Assembly (NCBI GenBank): GCA_937901345.1
Contig: CALCHM010000127.1
Location: forward strand, 3,872 to 67,871
DNA from: an uncultured Prevotella sp.
GTDB lineage: Bacteria; Bacteroidota; Bacteroidia; Bacteroidales; Bacteroidaceae
Reading direction: 5' to 3'
Length of the DNA stretch: 64,000 bases
Under the pieces are notes generated by a model. The model made no database searches. It saw only the letters and a program-made list of their open reading frames with translations, and had not been told where the DNA came from. Shown here one piece after another: positions 20,711-31,296 of the stretch (the stretch's first letter is position 1; every line of letters starts with the position of its first letter). Made by a program: the position numbers and the translations under genes.

Positions 20711-22057
20711 ATGATGCAATTACTTAGTTATAGGTGCCATAGCGTTGCTTTGCTGAAATTGGGACTTCCCATTGTTGTGGGACAATTGGGAATTATTATT
20801 TTAAGTCTTGCCGATACGTTGATGGTGGGGCGCTACGGCACGGATGAATTGGCTGCTGCTGGGTTTGTGAACAACATGTTCAACCTCGTGATTATGTTTG
20901 CCACGGGGTTTTCTTACGGTCTGACGCCCATCGTTGGGCGTTTGTTTGGTCAGCATGACTATAAGTCAATCGGCGGACGTTTGAAAAACGGACTGATTGC
21001 CAATCTGTTGATGGCCATTCTGCTGACCTTGGGGATGGTTGTGCTTTACTTGAATCTCCACCGCTTAGGACAGCCCGATGAACTCTTGCCCTTGATGCGC
21101 CCCTACTATCTCACGTTGCTCATTTCCATTGTGTTTGTCATGCTCTTCAATGCCTTCAAGCAGTTTGCCGATGGCATTACCGACACACGTACGGCAATGT
21201 GGTTTTTGTTAGGCGGAAACCTGCTAAATATAGTGGGAAACTGGTTGCTGATTTACGGAAATTGCGGTTTCCCTGAAATGGGACTTTTGGGAGCAGGGAT
21301 CGCTACGCTCTTTTCACGTATCATGATGGTCGTTTGCTTTGCGGTTTATTTCTTCTCCGTGTCGCGCTATCGTGCGTATCGTGAAGGGTTCTTAAAGTCC
21401 CAGGTGAACCGACGCGACTTTTTGGAAATTAATAAATTAGGACTCCCCATTGCGCTTCAAATAACGATGGAAACCGCTTCGTTTAGTTTGACCGCCGTTA
21501 TGGTAGGGTGGTTGGGAAGTCTTGCCCTTGCGGCGCACCAAGTGATGCTCACGGTGGGGCAATTAGGTTTTATGCTTTATTATGGAATGGCAGCCGCAAT
21601 CACGGTTCGAGTAAGTAATTATCATGGAAGTCACGACCTGCCCAACTTGAGGCGCACGGTGGCTACGGGATTTCGCATTATTCTCGCCATGGCAGTTGGT
21701 GTGTCGGCACTGATGCTCACGTTCCGAAGCGACTTAGGCGTGTGGTTCACTAACAGTCATGACGTGGCGCTTGTTGTTGCTTCGCTGGTGATTCCCTTTG
21801 TTGTATATCAATTTGGTGATGGGTTACAGTGCACGTTCTCCAATGCGCTTCGTGGTATATCTGAGGTCAAGCAAATGGTAGTAATCTCCTTCGTAGCTTA
21901 CGTACTTATCTCCCTCCCTGCTGCCTATGTGCTGGGCTTTGTGTGTGACTTAGGGCTGGTCGGAATATGGTGGTCATTCCCTCTCGGGCTTACAAGCGCC
22001 GGAATCATGTTCAGACTGAACTTCAAGTCAAAGGTGCGCAAGATGGAGCGGCAGTAA
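20711..22057 (+). CDS. MATE-family efflux transporter
   Basis: LGLPI..GQ, ADTLMVG, about 12 TM helices, DGLQ..ALRG. Confidence 0.92.
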   Translation: MMQLLSYRCHSVALLKLGLPIVVGQLGIIILSLADTLMVGRYGTDELAAAGFVNNMFNLVIMFATGFSYGLTPIVGRLFGQHDYKSIGGRLKNGLIANLLMAILLTLGMVVLYLNLHRLGQPDELLPLMRPYYLTLLISIVFVMLFNAFKQFADGITDTRTAMWFLLGGNLLNIVGNWLLIYGNCGFPEMGLLGAGIATLFSRIMMVVCFAVYFFSVSRYRAYREGFLKSQVNRRDFLEINKLGLPIALQITMETASFSLTAVMVGWLGSLALAAHQVMLTVGQLGFMLYYGMAAAITVRVSNYHGSHDLPNLRRTVATGFRIILAMAVGVSALMLTFRSDLGVWFTNSHDVALVVASLVIPFVVYQFGDGLQCTFSNALRGISEVKQMVVISFVAYVLISLPAAYVLGFVCDLGLVGIWWSFPLGLTSAGIMFRLNFKSKVRKMERQ

Positions 22058-22076
22058 GTTAGGAGTAAAAGCAAAT

Positions 22077-22110
22077 AAAAAGTGTGTGAACCGCGGTCCA
22101 CACACTTTTT
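22077..22110. terminator. Bidirectional terminator between convergent genes
   Basis: AAAAAGTGTGTG / CACACACTTTTT. Confidence 0.7.
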
Positions 22111-22119
22111 ATTCTTTCG

Positions 22120-22503
22120 TTAAAATTCCAATTCGCCAAGCTTGATTTCATTGCTATCTTCTACTTCGTTTTCGATGGCAACTTCTTCTGCAACTTCCTC
22201 AGTCACAACGGGCGCTTCTTCATAGCGTGAGTAGCGCGCTTGAGCTGGTTGTGTTTCGATGGCAAACTGAGCAGCGTCAGAAAATGCTTCAAGGAATTTT
22301 TCAAGGTCTTCGCGATAGAGGAATATTTTGTGCTTTTCAAATACGGGGCGCATTTCCTCCGTGCCTTCCTTAACGCGTTTGCTCTCAGTGAGTGAGAGGT
22401 AGAGCTCGTCATGACGGTCGCGTTTCACATCAATATAATAAATACGCTTACCTGCTTTTACTGACTTACTAAAGAGAATGTCGTTGTCAACTTTTCCGTT
22501 CAT
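22120..22503 (-). CDS. DUF3276 / PUR-like nucleic-acid-binding protein
   Basis: FSKSVKAGKRIYYIDVK, LTESK, FEKHKIFLYRED. Confidence 0.85.
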   Translation of the reverse strand: MNGKVDNDILFSKSVKAGKRIYYIDVKRDRHDELYLSLTESKRVKEGTEEMRPVFEKHKIFLYREDLEKFLEAFSDAAQFAIETQPAQARYSRYEEAPVVTEEVAEEVAIENEVEDSNEIKLGELEF

Positions 22504-22713
22504 CTGGTTTATTTGTTTCAAAAGTGATGTTTAAAATATTCGGGGCGAAATTGCAACGAATTTTCTGAACTGCCAAGCGCATGTGCAATATTTTTGTGTA
22601 AAAAAATGCAAGGTGTTCTTTTCTTGGATTTTTGCAGTATAATTTGCAAGTAAGTAAGGGAATAATCCATAATTATTAGTATCTTTGCCGAGATTTATAA
22701 AACGAAGTGAACA

Positions 22714-23664
22714 ATGATTAATCGTGAACTCATAAGAACTAAGGTGGTACAGTTGGTGTATGCTTACGTTCAGAATGAAGATAAGTCTCTTGACGTTGCG
22801 GAAAATGAACTTGAGTTTAGTCTCATGAAGTCATACGAACTTTATAAGTTGCTGCTTTCGCTACTTGTTCAAGTAAAATACACTGCCCAGCGCCGTGAAG
22901 AAGCGCGACTTGCGCGTGCAGAGCGTTTAGGTGTCGTTTCTGACGAGTTGCCACTTGATAAATATTTGGCTGAAAACAAGTTGCTGCAAAAGATGTCTGA
23001 AAACAAAATGTTGCTTGACTATCTTGAAAACGAAAAGCAGGAATGGATGGAAGACGACGCCTTGATTCGAAACATCTATAAGTCGTTTACCGAGAGTTCT
23101 ATCTATCACGAATATATCCACAAGGGAGATTACAGTATCAAGGCCGATCGTGAGTTGCTGCGTCGCCTTTATAAGGAGTTCTTATTTGACAACGAATTGC
23201 TTGAAAGTACCCTTGAAGATCACAGCATCTATTGGAACGATGATAAGGAAATCATTGACCAATTCGTGATAAAGACTTTAGGCGTTTTTAATGGCGAGTC
23301 ACAACCCGATATGCCTTTGCTTTCAGAGTTTTCTGCTGAAGAAGACCGCGAGTTTGCTTTCCAACTCTTCCGCCAAACCATTGAGCGCGGTGAGGAAATG
23401 AACAATCACTTGCGCACTAACTGCTTGAAGTGGGACTTTGACCGTATTGCGCTGATGGATAAAGTGATTATCCAAACGGCATTGACAGAAATCCTCACTT
23501 TCTCAGATATTCCCTTAAACGTGAGCATCAATGAATACGTGGAGATTGCCAAAAATTACAGCACCAACCGAAGCGGTGCATTCGTGAATGGACAACTCGA
23601 TGGCATCTGTAAGCGTCTGAACAAGGAGCGTATCTTGATGAAAATCTCCATGAAGAAGAAGTAA
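22714..23664 (+). CDS. nusB: Transcription antitermination factor NusB (long Bacteroidetes form)
   Basis: MINRELIRTKVVQ, WDFDRIALMD, SINEYVEIAK.YS...S..FVNG.LD. Confidence 0.92.
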   Translation: MINRELIRTKVVQLVYAYVQNEDKSLDVAENELEFSLMKSYELYKLLLSLLVQVKYTAQRREEARLARAERLGVVSDELPLDKYLAENKLLQKMSENKMLLDYLENEKQEWMEDDALIRNIYKSFTESSIYHEYIHKGDYSIKADRELLRRLYKEFLFDNELLESTLEDHSIYWNDDKEIIDQFVIKTLGVFNGESQPDMPLLSEFSAEEDREFAFQLFRQTIERGEEMNNHLRTNCLKWDFDRIALMDKVIIQTALTEILTFSDIPLNVSINEYVEIAKNYSTNRSGAFVNGQLDGICKRLNKERILMKISMKKK

Positions 23665-23729
23665 TCCTTCGACGAAAAATAGCACTCTTAATTACTCAAA
23701 AATCATATTAAATTAATTTCGAATAAACT

Positions 23730-24047
23730 ATGTTATTTGCATTTTTACAGGCAGCTCCCGCTCAGCAGGGTAGTGGTTGGAGCATGATTATCATGCTTGT
23801 GGTGATGTTTGCAATCATGTATTTCTTCATGATTCGTCCCCAGCAGAAGAAGCAGAAGGAAGCACAGAATTTCCGTAATTCTCTCACTGTAGGTCAAGAA
23901 GTTATTACCATTGGTGGTATTTACGGCGTAGTGCGTAGCGTGGACGTTGATGGCGTTGTAACTCTTGAAGTTGCTTCAGGCGTGAAGATTCGTGTGCACA
24001 AAGATGGTATTAACCCCGTTGCAACTCCCGTAGGCGGAAACAAGTAA
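23730..24047 (+). CDS. yajC: Preprotein translocase subunit YajC
   Basis: YFFMIRPQQKKQK, VITIGGIYG. Confidence 0.95.
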   Translation: MLFAFLQAAPAQQGSGWSMIIMLVVMFAIMYFFMIRPQQKKQKEAQNFRNSLTVGQEVITIGGIYGVVRSVDVDGVVTLEVASGVKIRVHKDGINPVATPVGGNK

Positions 24048-24062
24048 AAACGGACTTCCCCC

Positions 24063-25052
24063 ATGATGAAGATTCCTTCGTTCATCCCCGAAAAGGTCAA
24101 GATTGTCTTAACTCTTCTGAGAAATAAGTCATTCTTGACTTTTTTGTTCTTCTTGACGCTCTCCACGGCATTTTGGATCTTTGAGGCGTTTAAGGAAACA
24201 AATACTGTTGAACTGACTGTCCCTTTGGAGTTGACGAATGTGCCTGACAATGTCGTGGTCACCACCGAACTCCCCCATGACGTTACGGTGCAATTGCGCG
24301 ATCGAAACTCTTCACTCTTCTACTACCGCTATTTTAAGCAATTACAACCCGTAAAGGTTGACTTTGCCCATTATACGAATCCTAGTGGACACGTAAAAGT
24401 GCCGCAGGAAGATGTCAAGCGCAGTGTTATTCAGCAGTTTGAAACCTCAACAGAGTTGGTCGCATTGCGTCCCGATACGTTAGAATTTTACTACAATTAC
24501 GGTACGAAGAAAACCGTGAACACACGCTTGCAGGGCAAACTCTCCGCATCCGAGGGATATTACATCGTGAGTCAGCGCTTGCATCCTGAAACGGCAACCG
24601 TTTATGCTACCGACCGCCAACTCGACACGATAACTACCGTACGCACCACACCCTTCTATGCCGCTGACTTAAAGGAAAATCTCATGACAACCGTAGGCGT
24701 GCAGCGCGTGAAGGGGGCTAAGTTCTTGCCCGACACGCTACGATTGGAGGTTGAGGTTGATCGCCTTGTAGAGAAAACCCTTGCTCTTCCCATACAAGCA
24801 ATAAACTTTCCTGACGATGTTGGTTTGCGCACTTTCCCCATGAAGGTAAATGTAACCTTCCAGGTTGGCATGAAAGAATTTCGCAATGTCACTGAGAAAG
24901 ACTTTACCTTGGTGCTTGACGCCAATGACCTCACACACCCAGGGGTAAACACCTGTTCGTTGCGACTGGAGAGTAGTCCGAAGAACGTTTTTCGCCCACG
25001 CTTGAGTCAAAGCGAAGTGGAATTTTTAATTGAGAAAAAGAGTGAACAATGA
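24063..25052 (+). CDS. YbbR/CdaR-like domain protein
   Basis: N-terminal TM, YbbR-like repeats; usual position between yajC and coaE. Confidence 0.8.
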   Translation: MMKIPSFIPEKVKIVLTLLRNKSFLTFLFFLTLSTAFWIFEAFKETNTVELTVPLELTNVPDNVVVTTELPHDVTVQLRDRNSSLFYYRYFKQLQPVKVDFAHYTNPSGHVKVPQEDVKRSVIQQFETSTELVALRPDTLEFYYNYGTKKTVNTRLQGKLSASEGYYIVSQRLHPETATVYATDRQLDTITTVRTTPFYAADLKENLMTTVGVQRVKGAKFLPDTLRLEVEVDRLVEKTLALPIQAINFPDDVGLRTFPMKVNVTFQVGMKEFRNVTEKDFTLVLDANDLTHPGVNTCSLRLESSPKNVFRPRLSQSEVEFLIEKKSEQ

Positions 25053-25615
25053 AATATGCAATAACTGGAGGCATCGGTTCGGGCAAGAGTTTCTACTGTC
25101 GGCAATTGCAAGCAGCAGGTCACCCCATCTTTTATTGCGATGATGAAGCCAAGCGCATCATTCGCACCAGCGAAGCAGTGAAGCGTGAACTTTCCGCATT
25201 GGTCGGAGATGATGTGTATGATGCCGCTGGCACGTTGCAGAAACCCGTCCTTGCTGCCTACATCTGTCGCGGAAAACAGTATGCCGAGCGTGTCGATGCC
25301 ATTGTGCATCCCCGAGTGGCGTCAGCCTTTCGAGAGTGGGCTGCGGTGCAAGAACAAGTCTATGAACACGTGTTTATGGAGTGTGCCCTGCTTTACGAAT
25401 CGGGATTTGAAAATCTGGTTGATCAGGTCATCCTCGTTACAGCCTCACAGGAAACCCGTGTGCGCAGAGTTATGGCACGTGATCAGGTGACACGAGAGAA
25501 GGCACTCGCATGGATGGCACTACAAATGCCCGAAACTGAAAAAATCAAGCGCGCACACCATATTATTTATAGCGAGACAGACGGCAAATTGGACAACCCA
25601 CTCTTTCTTCCGTAG
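25049..25615 (+). CDS. coaE: Dephospho-CoA kinase
   Basis: ITGGIGSGKS, IVHP.V, E.ALL.E, RV..RD. Confidence 0.93.
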   Translation: MKYAITGGIGSGKSFYCRQLQAAGHPIFYCDDEAKRIIRTSEAVKRELSALVGDDVYDAAGTLQKPVLAAYICRGKQYAERVDAIVHPRVASAFREWAAVQEQVYEHVFMECALLYESGFENLVDQVILVTASQETRVRRVMARDQVTREKALAWMALQMPETEKIKRAHHIIYSETDGKLDNPLFLP

Positions 25616-25695
25616 AAAGTTGAGAGTTGAGAGTTGAAAGTTGAGAGATGAGGGATGAGAGTTGAGGAGTGAGAGATGAGGGGTGAGGGATGAAG
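25615..25695. repeat. Heptamer tandem repeat (TTGAGAG/ATGAGGG), about 11 units
   Basis: Visible 7-bp periodicity. Confidence 0.75.
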
Positions 25696-25924
25696 GTCAA
25701 AGAGCGTTTTGTATGTTGCAACGCCGTTGCAACATAGTTGACCAGATTGTGGCACGTTTATTCTGGCCCCTGCCTGACCGTGACAAGTGACAACGTGAAA
25801 AAATGATTGCGTGCGAACAGCGACGTGACAATAAAAAAGGCAATAATAGAGCAACGCCAAGAAAGCGTAAACAACTCTATTATTGCCTTTTTTTATTGTC
25901 AAACAACGATGGGATAATCGTTTC

Positions 25925-26194
25925 TTAGTGCGTATCAGCGCCATTCTTTTGCGCCTCCCAATACTTTATGATTTCATTTCTAAGTATGAAAAATTGGTTG
26001 AGATGCCCTCTAAAACTGGTGGTTTGAGCAAATCTGTTTGCATATTGGATAAACGAACCAATCGTGACGCGCATATTTTTAATATAAGTCCCCTCGTTTA
26101 TATGTAAAGACTCGGGCAACTCGTTGAAATGCTGCTCATACCACTGTACGAGCTCTTGAATATCTTCGATTTCGTAATGTTTTTTGAATGTCAT
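25925..26194 (-). CDS. Small hypothetical protein (DUF6965-like)
   Basis: EL..W.......LP.SL.I.....I pattern; own TAnnTTTG promoter on the minus strand near 26237-26244. Confidence 0.6.
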   Translation of the reverse strand: MTFKKHYEIEDIQELVQWYEQHFNELPESLHINEGTYIKNMRVTIGSFIQYANRFAQTTSFRGHLNQFFILRNEIIKYWEAQKNGADTH

Positions 26195-26469
26195 TGTGTA
26201 TTTCTGAGGCGAATGGTTAAGTGCAAATTGTCAGGTGCAAAAGTACCACACATTTATCAAAGGGGCAAATTCAGGGATGTTTTATTTTGCTCATCAAATG
26301 AATTACCTTAATTTTGCACCCCAGAAGCAGTTGAGCAGTAAAACGTTGGCACATAACATCTTTTTCACCTCTAAACCTCCGTTTTTAACGAGCAGAATGA
26401 CGCTGCGTGTTGCCGAACAACTGCTATTTACTCCCAATTTTTGAATAATATTAAACAACACATAACATT

Positions 26470-27807
26470 ATGATTAAACTCGACATTTCAAAGGCTACAC
26501 CCTTTCTCTCAGCAGATGCTGTAGCCGCTCTCGAACCTCAAGTAAAGGCTGCGCAACAAGCGCTCGAAGCAGGCACTTGTGCTGGCAATGACTTCCTCGG
26601 TTGGCTCCATCTTCCCTCTTCAATCACTGCTGAACACCTCGCTGACATCAAGCAGACGGCACAGACGTTGCGCGAAAACTGCGACACCATCGTTGTAGCA
26701 GGTATCGGTGGTAGTTACCTCGGTGCGCGTGCCATCATCGAAGCACTCGGAAATAGTTTTGAATGGTTGGCTAACGACGGTAAGAATCCCGTTATCCTCT
26801 TCGCAGGTAACAACATCGGAGAAGATTATCTTTACGAACTCACTCAGTATCTCAAGAACCGCAAGTTCGGTGTCATCAATATCTCAAAGTCAGGTACAAC
26901 CACCGAAACAGCGCTCGCTTTCCGCTTGCTCAAGAAGCAGTGTGAAGAACAGCGTGGTAAGGACGTGGCAAAGAAGGTCATCGTAGCAATCACCGACGCT
27001 AAGAAGGGTGCGGCACGCGTAACAGCCGATAAGGAAGGTTACAAGAGTTTCATCATTCCCGACAACGTAGGCGGACGCTTCTCAGTGCTTACTCCCGTAG
27101 GTCTCCTCCCCATCGCTTGTGCTGGTTTCGACATTGACGCACTCGTTCAAGGTGCTGCCGACATGGAAAAACAGTGTGGCGCAGATGTTCCCATGATGGA
27201 AAATCCCGCAGCGCTTTATGCTGCCGTGCGCAATGCCATCTATCAGAGCGGTAAGAAGATTGAAATCCTCGTAAACTATCAACCCAAACTCCACTACGTG
27301 AACGAATGGTGGAAGCAACTTTACGGTGAAAGTGAAGGTAAGCAGCACAAGGGCATTTTCCCCGCTGCTGTAGATTTCTCTACCGACCTCCACTCAATGG
27401 GTCAGTGGATTCAGGACGGCGAACGCACCGTGTTTGAAACTGTAATCTCTGTTGAAGAACAGTGTCACACACTCCTCTTCCCCCACGATGATGAAAACCT
27501 CGACGGTCTTAACTTCCTCGAAGGCAAGCGCGTGGATGAAGTAAACAAAATGGCCGAACTCGGTACGCTCCTCGCTCACGTGGATGGCGGTGTGCCCAAC
27601 ATCCGCATTTCTATGTCAAAGTTGGATGCGTACAATGTTGGTCAACTCATCTACTTCTTCGAAATCGGTTGCGGCATCAGCGGACTCATCCTCGGTGTGA
27701 ATCCTTTCGACCAACCCGGTGTAGAAGATTACAAGCGTAACATGTTTGCCCTCCTTGGCAAACCCGGTTACGAAGCACAGACTGAAGCCATCAAGGCACG
27801 TATTTAA
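26470..27807 (+). CDS. pgi: Glucose-6-phosphate isomerase
   Basis: [47 protein letters not shown]. Confidence 0.97.
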   Translation: MIKLDISKATPFLSADAVAALEPQVKAAQQALEAGTCAGNDFLGWLHLPSSITAEHLADIKQTAQTLRENCDTIVVAGIGGSYLGARAIIEALGNSFEWLANDGKNPVILFAGNNIGEDYLYELTQYLKNRKFGVINISKSGTTTETALAFRLLKKQCEEQRGKDVAKKVIVAITDAKKGAARVTADKEGYKSFIIPDNVGGRFSVLTPVGLLPIACAGFDIDALVQGAADMEKQCGADVPMMENPAALYAAVRNAIYQSGKKIEILVNYQPKLHYVNEWWKQLYGESEGKQHKGIFPAAVDFSTDLHSMGQWIQDGERTVFETVISVEEQCHTLLFPHDDENLDGLNFLEGKRVDEVNKMAELGTLLAHVDGGVPNIRISMSKLDAYNVGQLIYFFEIGCGISGLILGVNPFDQPGVEDYKRNMFALLGKPGYEAQTEAIKARI

Positions 27808-27811
27808 AGAA

Positions 27812-27938
27812 TAGAGTACAGATAACAGAGTACAGAGCACAACTCCATGCGGAGCGAGAACTGTACTCTGTTATTCGTACTCTTACTATTGTTGAAATGT
27901 TTATAACTGTACGCTGTACTCTGTTATCTGTACTCTAA
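27812..27938. repeat. Inverted arrays of heptamer AGAGTAC / GTACTCT
   Basis: Direct heptamers followed by their reverse complements; same unit at 37616-37672. Confidence 0.7.
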
Positions 27939-27940
27939 CA

Positions 27941-28630
27941 ATGTCTTCTCCCCGCGCAGTATTTTTCGATATGGACGGTGTGCTTTTCGACAGCATGCCC
28001 GCTCACGCAAAGTCATGGGAAACCGTGGCGAAGCAGTTTGGTTTTGACCTTCCCTACGAGGAAGTATTTATGAACGAAGGTCGCACAGGTTTCTCCACCA
28101 TCAACATGCTCATGCAGCGCACCCACGGGCGCGACGCTACGCAGCAAGAAATTGATGACATCTACGAAGCCAAGTGTCAAGAATTCAACAAATATCCCGA
28201 AGCACCCCAGATGCCGGGCGCTATGGAGCTACTTACAAAACTTCAACGCAAGGGACTTGCCCTTTACGTCGTTACAGGCAGCGGACAACCCTCGCTCTTG
28301 GAACGTCTGCGCTTGAATTTTCCTGGTGTCTTCCGTCCCGAGCGCATCATCTCAAGCAAGGATGTTAAGCACGGCAAACCTCACCCCGAACCTTATCTCA
28401 TGGCGCTCGATCGCGCAGGCGTTGAGGCAAACGAGGCCGTTGTTGTAGAAAACGCTCCCCTCGGTGTGCGCTCCGCACGTGCTGCAGGCATATTTACTGT
28501 TGCCGTAAACACAGGACCGTTGCCCAACATCGCCCTTGAAGCTGAAGGCGCCAACATCGTGCTCGCCACGCTCCACGAACTCTGTGAGCAGTGGGAGGAG
28601 ATTGTGGAAAATAATACTCCCCATTATTGA
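27941..28630 (+). CDS. HAD-family hydrolase (beta-phosphoglucomutase-like)
   Basis: FDMDGVL, VVTGS, GKPHPEPY, VVENAPLG. Confidence 0.88.
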   Translation: MSSPRAVFFDMDGVLFDSMPAHAKSWETVAKQFGFDLPYEEVFMNEGRTGFSTINMLMQRTHGRDATQQEIDDIYEAKCQEFNKYPEAPQMPGAMELLTKLQRKGLALYVVTGSGQPSLLERLRLNFPGVFRPERIISSKDVKHGKPHPEPYLMALDRAGVEANEAVVVENAPLGVRSARAAGIFTVAVNTGPLPNIALEAEGANIVLATLHELCEQWEEIVENNTPHY

Positions 28631-28651
28631 TTTTGTTTACGCATAAATTAA

Positions 28652-28877
28652 GGCAATAATATAGCAGTTGACCCAAGATTTTTAACAGACCCCCTCCGCA
28701 ACTAAAGTTGCTCGTCCCCCTAACTTTTGGGGACAATTTTAGTTAGTCTACCTCGCTTGACTTTCCAATTAGGAATTATAAGCGTAAGGAAGTATATAAA
28801 ATTCCTCCCCAAAGTTAGGGGAGGTGCCCAAAGGGCGGAGGGGTCTGTGGTATTGGGTCGACTCCTATATTGTTACC
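28652..28877. mobile_element. MITE with GGCAAT(A/G)ATATAG terminal inverted repeats and 8-bp target duplication TAAATTAA
   Basis: TIRs at both ends; TAAATTAA at 28644-28651 and 28878-28885; body similar to 36589-36812. Confidence 0.85.
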
Positions 28878-29075
28878 TAAATTAAAGCAAATGATACTCC
28901 GAATGGCGTTCTTCTCCTATTATAGGGGAGTACCGCCTTTGGTTGGGAGGGGGCGTAAACAAATTTAAATTCTCCAAAAACTTTGTGTCCCTTTGTTCTC
29001 TTGCGTGAAAAATACTAACTGTATTTACCAATTTAGACAGAGTTCCCTTAATTAGGAGAATATCTACTATATATC

Positions 29076-29990
29076 TTACCATAGGTCTCGTGCAGATAAA
29101 TCGTTTTCATAAGCATCCGCTAATCCTGAATCAACGTCTTCTCTGCTCCAACCATCATAATATGCCTGTTTATCACCGTAAGGATCACTCCAATTATCAT
29201 AATCATTCATTGTTTCATTTTCATAATCCCCAAATGAAGTCTTGTGATAAACCTTTTTGTGTGTATGTTGTTTGGGAGGATTAATTTTTATATATTCTTC
29301 AAAAGAAGTTCTGCCTATATCTTCTTTTTCATGCAAAAGAAGGAATAACTTACCTGTACTATTAACTACTAATGATATTACTGGAATTTGTGGTATTCCT
29401 TTAACAGCTACAAAACCAATATTACAACCATAATAGAAATGGAGTCTATTATCCTTTCCACGTTTTACAAATATTTTTGTGCAATGGAATTTGGTTTTAA
29501 ATTCCTCAACGGAGTATGTCGTAATATAACTTAATCCATCCAATAAAACTCCGAATTTAGAAGAGATTGATACGAGATCTATTTTAATTTCCTCATTATT
29601 TTTAAAGGCTTTAACTTCGTTCAAATATTCTTCTTTGAGAGTCCAAATTTGATCATACTCGAATGGAATTATAATATTTCCTTTTGTGTCTATAATCCCC
29701 CATTTATCTTTCGATTCAAAAAAATCGTATTTTATAACACGAGCATAACCACATACAAATTGACTATCACACCATCTGTATTTTCCAAATGGTATGATTT
29801 GTTGATTGTATTGGTTGATATAACCATATTGATAATTCTGATTCCTGACCATTGAGAGACCACAAGAAAATGGATACATCTCTTTATACAAAAAAGGTAT
29901 AACGATGTCCCCCTTGCTATTTTTGGCTCCATATAGACTATTGTCGTCTTGACAAATATCTAATTCAAAAATAGTATTCATTCTATTCAC
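29076..29990 (-). CDS. WG-repeat-containing protein with acidic C-terminal tail
   Basis: Three YG/WG-x-I-(N/D)..G..IIPF.Y repeats. Confidence 0.75.
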   Translation of the reverse strand: MNRMNTIFELDICQDDNSLYGAKNSKGDIVIPFLYKEMYPFSCGLSMVRNQNYQYGYINQYNQQIIPFGKYRWCDSQFVCGYARVIKYDFFESKDKWGIIDTKGNIIIPFEYDQIWTLKEEYLNEVKAFKNNEEIKIDLVSISSKFGVLLDGLSYITTYSVEEFKTKFHCTKIFVKRGKDNRLHFYYGCNIGFVAVKGIPQIPVISLVVNSTGKLFLLLHEKEDIGRTSFEEYIKINPPKQHTHKKVYHKTSFGDYENETMNDYDNWSDPYGDKQAYYDGWSREDVDSGLADAYENDLSARDLW

Positions 29991-30346
29991 ATATTAACAT
30001 ACATGACTGGATTTTGTCTTCTCCCCAATAAATGAGAAATATCCATAAGAAGATATGGTGAGTCGACTATTTCTTTTCCCTCAAATTCCCACCTCCCGAT
30101 ATACTCTTCAGATTGGAACCAACGAGTGGGTTTAAAGACTCCGACTATATAGCCTTGACTAATAGCAAAGACAAGTTCGGCATTTTTTGCACGATTACCA
30201 TTAAGTCTCCAATATTTCCTAATACACTCGTAAAGTGTAGGTCGTTCGCATAAAAGGAATGTTCTGCTTATGTTTAAGCAGAGAATCTTTTCATTGTTTT
30301 TATTTTCGAAAAGTCCGTAATCACGAAAGATTTCTTCCATAAACAT
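29987..30346 (-). CDS. Hypothetical protein, similar to the domain that follows LEM-3-like GIY-YIG nucleases
   Basis: LYE..R.YW.L...RA....LVFA...G.I..VF.P..W...RW.F.G...NPV.Y; 4-bp overlap with the WG gene. Confidence 0.5.
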   Translation of the reverse strand: MFMEEIFRDYGLFENKNNEKILCLNISRTFLLCERPTLYECIRKYWRLNGNRAKNAELVFAISQGYIVGVFKPTRWFQSEEYIGRWEFEGKEIVDSPYLLMDISHLLGRRQNPVMYVNM

Positions 30347-30609
30347 TTACTTTTAAATGAGGACGTTGCAAAGATATTGTATTTTACCTTAATTATAGGG
30401 TATTATAGTTTTAAATTGGCAATAGTATTGAAGTTGTCCTCAATAGTTTAGGAAACGGGGGGATCAAAAGAGTCCTCATCAAATGTATTTTATTTGAAAA
30501 TGTTGTGTGGGGCACATAGAATTTATTACTATGCTATCGCCAAATATAACAGGGAGGTTATTCTAAACATTTCGTACCTGTTAAGAAATACCTCTCAGCG
30601 CTTTTGTCG

Positions 30610-31296
30610 TTATTCGCCTACCCCCAAGTCTGTATTATTCATCAAAATCTCGATGCCCGATTCGTGGGCGAGGGTGGGGGCGATTTCTGTGGCAAACCAA
30701 CGGGCAAGTTCGGCGTCAGCCTTGACGCTCGTCGTGTTATTGCAGAAGAAGTTGATGCTGAAATATTCAAAGTGTCGGCGTGCCGTTTCAATGTCGCTCA
30801 AGATGCGCTCACGCGTGTCGCCAACGGTGCCGCATAGCAAACAGACGCCTTGGAAATATCGGGCAACATCCTCGGCGGTGACGCTTTCTGCAACACCCTT
30901 GTTCCACTCCCTTCTAAGGGTGGGAGAGAAGGTCTCAATGCCACATCTGAATTTTACCGTAGCAGGCGCAAAACGCTTTGCAAACTCTGCGAGGCGGTGG
31001 CGATACATGTAGTGCATCTCGAACCAAAGGGTGTGAATCTGCTTTTCCTTCACCACTCGTGCAATGTGGTCTAACGTCTGCTCATCCAGTTCTATGCACG
31101 ACCCCGAATTGATAATGTCCAGCACGCCCAATTCGCCCGTAACCTTGTCCAGGATAGGAGCATTTGTAGCGTAGGGATTTGCGCTCGTGTCCGTGTGGTA
31201 ATCACAAAAGGTGCAGCGTTTCCACCGGCAACCCGTGCCTTGAAGCAGTACAAATTCACGGGGCATGTGCGTGCGGATTAGTGCGTAGCGTTCCAT
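30610..31296 (-). CDS. queL: Short radical SAM enzyme, queuine lyase QueL-like
   Basis: REFVLLQG.GC.W..C.FCDY (CxxxCxxC), INSGS; overlaps the queuosine precursor transporter gene. Confidence 0.65.
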   Translation of the reverse strand: MERYALIRTHMPREFVLLQGTGCRWKRCTFCDYHTDTSANPYATNAPILDKVTGELGVLDIINSGSCIELDEQTLDHIARVVKEKQIHTLWFEMHYMYRHRLAEFAKRFAPATVKFRCGIETFSPTLRREWNKGVAESVTAEDVARYFQGVCLLCGTVGDTRERILSDIETARRHFEYFSINFFCNNTTSVKADAELARWFATEIAPTLAHESGIEILMNNTDLGVGE

